64,000 bases of DNA, taken from assembly GCF_009914755.1 (NCBI RefSeq), contig NC_060931.1, one strand, 5' to 3'. Of this stretch, positions 55,851 to 64,000 are shown piece by piece (within the stretch, counting starts at the first letter, position 1; the number at the start of each line of letters is the position of its first letter). The translations under genes and the position numbers were made by a program. Below the pieces are notes generated by a model. It saw only the letters and a list, made by a program, of their open reading frames with translations, ran no database searches and was not told the DNA's origin. The stretch comes from the human T2T-CHM13v2.0 reference genome, Homo sapiens.

Positions 55851-57574
55851 CTGCACTGACAAAAGGGAGTACAAAGAACTTGTAATTCTTTTGCTGACCC
55901 TGGGCAGTTCAGTGAAATGCTTGGGAGAATGATTCTGAGGTAGCACTTAGTTTAGCTGGAGAGAATTTGGGGATCACTAATGATGTATGTTGTAGGCAAA
56001 GGAATGGTGTGCACCCTGCCAGGGCCACATATAGGCCTTCCCTCAACTCAGACTGGAAGGCCGATCTATGCTTATATGATCAGTCCACCAGAAAGTCTAT
56101 TCACACCCACTAAAAGCTGAAGTGTTTAAAGTGTGCATTAACTAGCAGAACATTATTAAAGAGAATTGCTGCCAAACTCTGGTTGTCAGTTAAATTTGAA
56201 AAGGATTCACTTCCTACAACCGGTATTTCCATCAAAAATGATATGTACTTTTATGACTATACATACACACACATATTTTTAATGATAAGTATTAAATACA
56301 TGATATTCAAGGTTTACACTATAGTGTTACTGATTTAAAGGAGTAATTGCTCTGAAAATTTTAAGTATTCTAAGTCAAATAACTAAGCTGTAAATTTATG
56401 GAACGACTTATTTTTATTTCTGGCATCCATCATTTCCTGATGCACCAGCTGAAAATATGCTTGGCAGCACCAAAGGAAAACTGTAACCCCTGAAATAGCT
56501 TGTTGATGGATGGCTTGAAGAAGTTGATAACTGAGATAAGCAGCCATTGTCCCTGTTGCTGTTGCTATGTTAGGGGTTCTTAACCCATGTTGAGTTTGGA
56601 GGGCTGCATGCAGTGGTCTGGAAACTTCTGACACTACATGTAAAATTTTAGGTTTGTATTTTTGGGGGGAGAACATTCCCTGCATTACATCAGATTCTCA
56701 AAGATCTGTAACCCCCAAAATATTAAGAATTACTTTTTTAGATGTTGCTTTGGTTTACTAGCTCCTTGGGCTGTGATTTCTTAGGATATTTTTATCTTAA
56801 TGGTAAAGGTGGGAGAGTTGTTGTCAGGTGGGGCATATCTCATTGGGTACCTTTACTAGTTTGGCGTCAGAAAGTAGAATGTGAGAACCTTTTTACTTGT
56901 TATCTTAAAAAGGAAAACTTACTTATAATTAGTAGTGATTATTTGCTCATGGTTTGCCTTTTCACTGATTATCCGAATCCAAGGTGTTTTTCTGCTGCCT
57001 TGCCCTCAGCCCCGTGTTTCCTCATGCAGAGTGCCCAGCTTGTTTCATTTTGTCTGTGTCGTGTTCAGTGTCAAGATCTCAGATGAAATCTGTCTCGAGG
57101 CTTCCTCAGTTTCTAGATAGCTCTCTTTTTGATCTCATGTTGTAAATCTTCTATCATTTATTTGCTTCTTAATCACATGGTATTTTGTAGCAGCTCCTAT
57201 ATTATTGTTTTGTAATGTTATTTACGCCTTTATTTTTGTATGTCTTGCCAATTATGTTGTAACCTCCTAAAGGACATCTAACCCGCTGCGTATTTTATAA
57301 AATTGTAAGCACATGACTATCAAAAAGCTGATCCTCAGTCTGTATATTGTTAATAGCTTTTGTAATGACTTGTAAACCATTTAATATTTGGTTAGAAAAC
57401 TTGGTAATATCTTCTATTAAGGTATTTTCTCCAATGAAAATAAGTCTTTGTTAACTTATCTATTACTTGGATTTAAATTATACTTACTTTATTTAGTTAT
57501 ATAAATGCAAATTAGTAAGCATTCAGACTAAGCCTGCCTTACTCTGGGGAGGAGGGGCTTCCTTTACTTCCCTA

Positions 57575-58070
57575 CCTCTGCTTGACCATGCGTTTTAGGA
57601 GAGCCAACCTTATTCCCAGCCCCAGAAAGTCAGTGCTCATTTGCCTAAGCCAGTCACGGTAGTCTAATTCACCTTGCCAGTGATTGGCTTAGGAATGGGC
57701 ACCCATCACACTTCTGACTGCGACATGAAGGAAGATCAACTGAGAGACTCATGGGCAGATACAGACAGAAGAGACTGCCACCTCTTCTCGTGGCAGTTAT
57801 TTGATCTGGATGAAATGGCTGATGATGTTTTATCTATCATTGCCAACTTTGCTTAGGAGAGCTAGCTTGAGACAGAGGTCACATGTCGAAGATGGCAGAG
57901 TAAAAGGAGGAAGCAACCATGATGACATTGTTGAACTGACATATTCACTAATTTGGGAGCTGTTTACCTCTGGACTTTTTAGGTGAGATAATAAATTCCC
58001 GCATTAAAGTTTAAGCCACTTTTAGCTAGGTTTATGTTACTTGCAGCTGAAAATGTCTGCACCGATGTTT
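57575..58070 (+). mobile_element. MLT1J/K-like LTR
   Basis: CCAGTGATTGGCTTAGGAATGGGCA...GTTTAAGCCACTTTTAG...TGTTACTTGCAGCTGAA. Confidence 0.62.
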
Positions 58071-60869
58071 GACAGATGTGCTTATAATGCTATCTCCCTG
58101 GATAATCTTTTCTTGGTAGAGCCCCTGTTTTTCATGCCCAGACTTCATGGAAATGTATTTATATGTATATCTCAGTAAAGCTCTTCAGTCTGTGTCTATA
58201 TAGAAGACATTTATATTTATGTCTTTCTAAACTCAAAACAATTGGAAATAGTCTGGAGTTCAATTTTAAATGAAATTAATAGATTGTCAGAGTCATAAGT
58301 AAACATTTTGAATGGTATACTCACTGCCATCAGAAATGTTGTGCATTTTGGATATTGCTGGTACCAAGGGAGACCATATTACTGCTACAAAGCAGCTAGT
58401 GATTAACAACCATAGTAATTGGTGATCAGGAAACAAGTTAAACATGCTCACATAATAGTTTGCTACTTATATATAGGTGTTTTTACTGTGTTTTAGTTAT
58501 GTCTTAAGAAATTGGTTGAGGGTTTTAGATGATATATTCCACATTGTAATTTTTCCCATCTAAAGTGATGGGAAATAAGCTTGCCATTATATTTTCCCAC
58601 CCATTTGATTTTCAGGAACGTATTACTGATATTAGGCAGGGATTCCTTTACTAATCTGGACCAGCTATGTTATTAAGTCAGCAATTCTGCTGATGATAAT
58701 GTAGTCTTTAACTAGCAACTCACCTGTATCCCTCACATATTTTAAATGTTACATATTTGGAAATGTATTTCCAAAACGCTGAAGGCAATAAATGAAACCA
58801 TAATTTTTTTTTTAAGCATGGAAGTTCAGGAGAAAAATTGAAGTGTATATGTTTCCTTTTACCATCCCAAATTTCTAGTTACAAAATCACTTTATAAAGT
58901 TTAAAACCAAGTATATATTATGTTTTTACTGGAGTTGAACATTAATCATGCCCAGTATGTCAGATGTGAAAGAAGAGTTTTAAAGGTAATGAAAAATATT
59001 GTATTAATCTTATTTTTAAATGTTTACTTTTTTATTATAAATTGAGCTGCAGTTTTTTAATATTTTGCAATTATAAGGTGGGGGTGATGCCGCACCTAAG
59101 TTTTAGAGCTAAAAGGACATCTTAGGGATAATTCTAAACAGCCACATATGTAAATATTTCTGTTTGATAGTTATATATTGAGAATACTTTAATATATCTA
59201 AATTCTTTTGTTTTTGCTAAGGAGAGAAAGGAAGGTAAATATAGTATTGAGCTACCTTATATGAGTTGCCAAATTATGGTATGAACCAATTATAGTGAAA
59301 GCATTCCCTTCACATATAAATGCTTTTCTAGCCTGTAGGCATCTTTTCATTGCTAAAGTTGGGTTAAATTTTCACCACAGAAATTCAATTATGACTTATA
59401 CCTGTTATGAAAATATGTAAATACATCAAATATATTTTAATGTTTTAGGTCCAGATATATTTAAATGTTTTTTATCCCCTAAAGGAGTGCAGTTTCTTTC
59501 TGCTCCTTCTAGGTCTCCAAAGTTACAGGACCTTGAAGCATGTAGAGCTCAGCATGGTACAAACCTGTATTTTTCAATTTGTGCTCCATGTGACCCTTCC
59601 TGGAACTGAGCAGAAGTGTTATGCTGCCAACATTGAATAATGGTGGTCTTTTCACAGTTTGTAGGGGAAAAAAGCTGATGGAATTTTAGGTTTTTCATTC
59701 CAAAATTTTCCTTAAATTCTAGAAAGAGCCACCATTAATTTTCAAGCAAGTATTAGGCAGGTAAAATGTATGTATGAGGAAAAAATGGTTATTCAAGGAA
59801 AAAAACTTGTAAACAACTGATAATATCTACTTTTATAACTGTTCTTTAGATATTTGTAGTCGTCATCATTATTTTATATTCAATTAAAATAAACCAAACA
59901 TTAATAGCAATTTAAACTTAGAATTACTAAATACATAATTTCATCTAAAATGATAGTTTGTATGATAGAATTTAAAATATCAGTATTTACTACTGTCCTG
60001 CAAAGAGCATTTTGACTTCAAGCCTTGCATGACATTCACTATATGAAGAGATTACATTTCGAAGGAGAAGATGGGAACTCTGCTGCTTATTTTCTTTCTC
60101 ATCTTACGCATTTCAGATCATTTTGCTGGGGCATAGATTCTCTATCCAGTGACTGAGGAAGTAAATTGGATTTTTATCTCTAAAGTTTTCTTAGAAAGAC
60201 CTTTACATTTTAGTGACCCTTTTTTGTTCTATGTATTTAAAGAGACTGACAAATCCCTAATTTATTCTAATCTTTATCGAATTAAAATTTGATGGTATTG
60301 AAGTGTTTTCTGATACATGGAGTTCTTTCTCAGGAGGGAAAAAGGTGGTTCACCAGCTGCCAAACAAAAGTCATGAAGATTTTTTAGTTAAAATTTTATC
60401 TGGCTAGTAGCTCAGTTTAGCCTTGACTAATCTTGTATTAAAATACTCATGCAAATGTGGAAGGAAAAATTTTATAACTGTTCCAAAACTTAGGAATGAC
60501 AGTTTAATGCTAGAAACTGAGGTGAAGTTAGATTGAGAAAAAACTAAGCTTCTACACATAGTACAGTATGTTGATAACTGCAGTTATTAACAGCTATTCC
60601 TCTTTACCCCTGGGGTTCCATTCTGTAAATGAAACAGAGTACTTCGCCCCCTTTTTCTGCACTCTCGCACACATATCACCATCTTCCCTTACTCTGGAAA
60701 GCAGCTAGTCAGCAGGTAGAGAAGGGACTGGTGGTGGTGGTGGTGGAGGGTGATGGGGAGGTATAGTCTAGTCCTCACCAGGAAAATAATGTGGGCAGGA
60801 ATAGAGACAAAAATTGGTGCTGCTAGTAGTCATGAGGAGAATTATAACTTTTTTCTTGTACTCCTGCAG

Positions 60870-61059
60870 ACCACGTGGTAGAAATAGGAGGAGAAAGACA
60901 TTCCAAGAGAGAAGAATGACACTGAATGAAAGCCCAGAGAAAATAGGCAAATGGATTGAATGCTATGGGCACCCACCTGCCTCTAAGCTGGTGGAAATTT
61001 ATATTCATACAGTCTTTGTGGAAGACAAATTGTCAATATGTATCAGAAGCTTTAACAAG
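60870..61059 (+). other. Candidate cassette exon (190 nt) in the UMAD1 intron
   Basis: Acceptor TTTTTTCTTGTACTCCTGCAG|A, donor AAG|GTAGAT, purine-rich (ESE-like) body. Confidence 0.5.
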
Positions 61060-61063
61060 GTAG

Positions 61064-61428
<365 letters not shown>

Positions 61429-61816
61429 AAAATGTGGCTTTTAAAATGGTATATTTCATGTGAACCTTTTTGTTATGTATATTTTATGTGTCTAAAATAG
61501 CTGTAGGAGGAAAAACATTTACCTAAGGACCATATGATTACAGGTAATTTAATCTTTTTTCTTCCTGTTGATTACTTATATCTACTTCATTATTCTGTAA
61601 TGAACAAGTATTACTTGTATAACTCCAAAGTCAAAAGGAACCCCAAAGGTATATATATGTCCCTGAATTCTTGAATCTCTCAGGGAGCTGTAGTTCTTCT
61701 AAAAGCAGAAGTACATTTTACTATTACTACTGAAATTGTACTGTGCTTCTTGTTTCCAGTATACAATTCACCAAACATTTACTAAGTAAATATGAATAGT
61801 TACTCTTAAAATATCT

Positions 61817-61817
<1 letters not shown>

Positions 61818-61871
<54 letters not shown>
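61818..61871. repeat. (TATC)13 tetranucleotide STR
   Basis: Perfect repeat. Confidence 0.97.
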
Positions 61872-62762
61872 CATTATTTCGGTAGACTTAAGGCCAATGT
61901 ATAATATAGGAAAATCTCATCTGAAACTTTCCCTTCATTCTGCAATAGCTTAGTAATGTATAGACTTTCCAAGGGGAAAAGATGTTTTGGGGGAAGAAGT
62001 TAACCAAATTTTTATTTGGGTTTCTCTCTCATGTTTTCCTGGATGTCGATAGTTCTTTTATTCTCAAAAGAGCTTCATGAAACTAGAACTTCCAGTGTAT
62101 CAGGAGGCATCCTTTAAACATTAAGGTCTATTTTAAGGTGAAATTCTACTATATTTTAAAAATTGTTTATTTAAATTCTATAACTTTTAGTGGATTGCAC
62201 AAATTTATGCCTTGTTTATTTTATAATGACTTTATTACAATTTTAATAATTTAGCAATATTATATGAACGTGAAGTTTTATATCCTTCTTTAAATATTTT
62301 GTAAGATGTTTATGTGATATTTTAAGTTTAAACTTATAAACTCTAATCATATTAACACTACTTACCATGAGTGTATGTAATAATTTTTCCTCTGTGGTGG
62401 GTTTTTATATTGTTAATAAAGTTATATTTCATATTATCTTAAAATGGCAATTATTAAAAAGAAGAGCTTTCCCTCTGAGGACTGAGATCTCTCTTTTTGT
62501 TGCCATTATTGTCAGTTGTTCTGGAATACTAATGCTTTGTTGATATAAGGCAACTGAGTTTTTTTCAACTGAGTCATTAGACACTTGAACAAGAGCAAAG
62601 CTTTAGATTTTTCTCCATACCTATAGAGGGGCACTATGAAGTAGTTGGAAATTTGTCTGTGTGAGTCATATTTGAGCATTCCAAAGAAGGAATGAAGCAT
62701 GTTTTCTTTTTCTCCTCATGACTAGTGATAATTGAGTATCTTTTCTTGTACTTATTGGTAAC

Positions 62763-63728
62763 TTTTTATTTTTAATTTTTATGAGTATATAGTAGGTATA
62801 TATATTTATGGGTTATATGAGATTTTGATACAGGCATACACATATAATAATCACATCAGGGTAAATGGGATATCCATCACGTCAAGCATTTATCATTTTT
62901 TTGTGATACAGGCACTCCAATTGTACCCCCTCAGTTATTCTAAAATGTATAACAAATTATTGCAGACTGTAGTCACCCTGTTGTGCTATCAAATGCCAGA
63001 TCTTACTTATTGTATCAAACTATGTATTTTTGTACCCATTAACCATCTCCATTCCCCACCCCACCCCCACCACTGTCCTTCCCAGACTCTGGTAACCATC
63101 ATTCTACTCTCTATCTCTCTGAGTTCAATTATTTTAATTTTTAGTTCCCACAAATGAGTGAGAATATGTGAAGTTTATCTCTCTCTGCCTGACTTATTTC
63201 ACTTAACATAATATCTTTTTTCCATCTATGTTGTTGTAAATGACAGGATCTCATTCTTCTTTATGGCTGAATAGTACTCCATTGTGCATACGTACCACGT
63301 TTTCTTCATCCATTCATCTTTTGATAGATACTTAGGTTGATTCCAAATCTTAGCTATTGTGAATAGTGCTGCAATAAACATGTGAGTACAGCTATATCTT
63401 TGTTATCCTGATTTCCTTCCTTTTGGGGATACACCTAGCAGTGGGATTGTTGGATCATACGGTAGTTCTATTTTTAGTTTTTTGAGGAACCTCCCTACTG
63501 TTCTCCATAGTGGTTGTACTAATTTACATTCCCACCAACAGTGTTTGAGAGTTCCCCTTTTGCCATATCCTTGCCAGTGTTTGTCATTACCTTTCTTTTG
63601 GATAAAAGCCATTTTAACTGGGGTGAGATGATATCTTGTTGTAATTATGATTTGCTTTCTCTGATGATCAGTAATGTTGAGCACCTTTTCATATACCTGT
63701 TTGCCATTTGTACGTCTTCTTTTGAGAA
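62763..63728 (-). mobile_element. L1MA/L1PB 3' fragment
   Basis: ORF remnant [10 protein letters not shown]...[15 protein letters not shown]...KIELPYDP plus L1 3' UTR. Confidence 0.88.
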
Positions 63729-64000
63729 GCTTGCTGTTTCCAAGTAGAGAAAATCACTGTTGCTGCCAACCAAGTAGCCGTGCAATAATTTGTTTACTTG
63801 CTGTCAACATTTTCCCCACCACAGTTTATCTCATAGAGAATTCTCAAGCCCAGCCAACTTTAAGATTTCATTTGTAACACAGAATGATTATGTTATATTA
63901 GATAAGAAAGGCTGTAGAGAGAGAAAAATCTCCTAACCTTGTCTTTCTGTCTTTTCTAGACATAATACGTTGATTTTTTTTACTCTGATTCTGTCCATTT

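Noticed and set aside
58553-58577. Hairpin TTTCCCATC-TAAAGT-GATGGGAAA
   Set aside because: Short, probably a decayed DNA-transposon remnant; no pre-miRNA or snoRNA features.

Overview
Human genomic DNA (an AluYa5 with all five diagnostic positions is present) at the RPA3/UMAD1 locus, which I recall as 7p21.3. The complete 4-exon RPA3 CDS (121 aa, minus strand, 4799-8241) shares a CpG-island bidirectional promoter with UMAD1 (plus strand). UMAD1 has a non-coding exon 1 ending at 8644 and a first coding exon at 41112-41259; the rest of the gene lies beyond the window. Splice signals also support a long RPA3 isoform (minus-strand exons 55750-55850, 54352-54520 and 8143-8998) that runs antisense through UMAD1 and across the shared promoter. 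The remainder is intronic and transposon-rich: a full-length decayed L1PA7/8-like element, old L1M pieces, more than 20 Alus, THE1/MST/MLT1 and ERV1 LTRs, Tigger/MER DNA transposons and several tandem repeats. Nearly all ORF-track entries are repeat-derived noise. I see no novel protein-coding system. The best leads are regulatory hypotheses: (1) a (CAG)20 tract between the UMAD1 exon-2 acceptor and its ATG, where acceptor choice would switch upstream CUG frames between polyAla, polySer and polyGln; (2) a uAUG-rich, TE-exonised long RPA3 isoform resembling a LUTI; (3) a 35-bp VNTR that is a tandem array of perfect D-boxes; (4) a 2-kb AT-rich minisatellite; (5) small retrotransposition oddities. 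Repeat subfamily names come from recalled consensus sequences and need RepeatMasker/Dfam confirmation.
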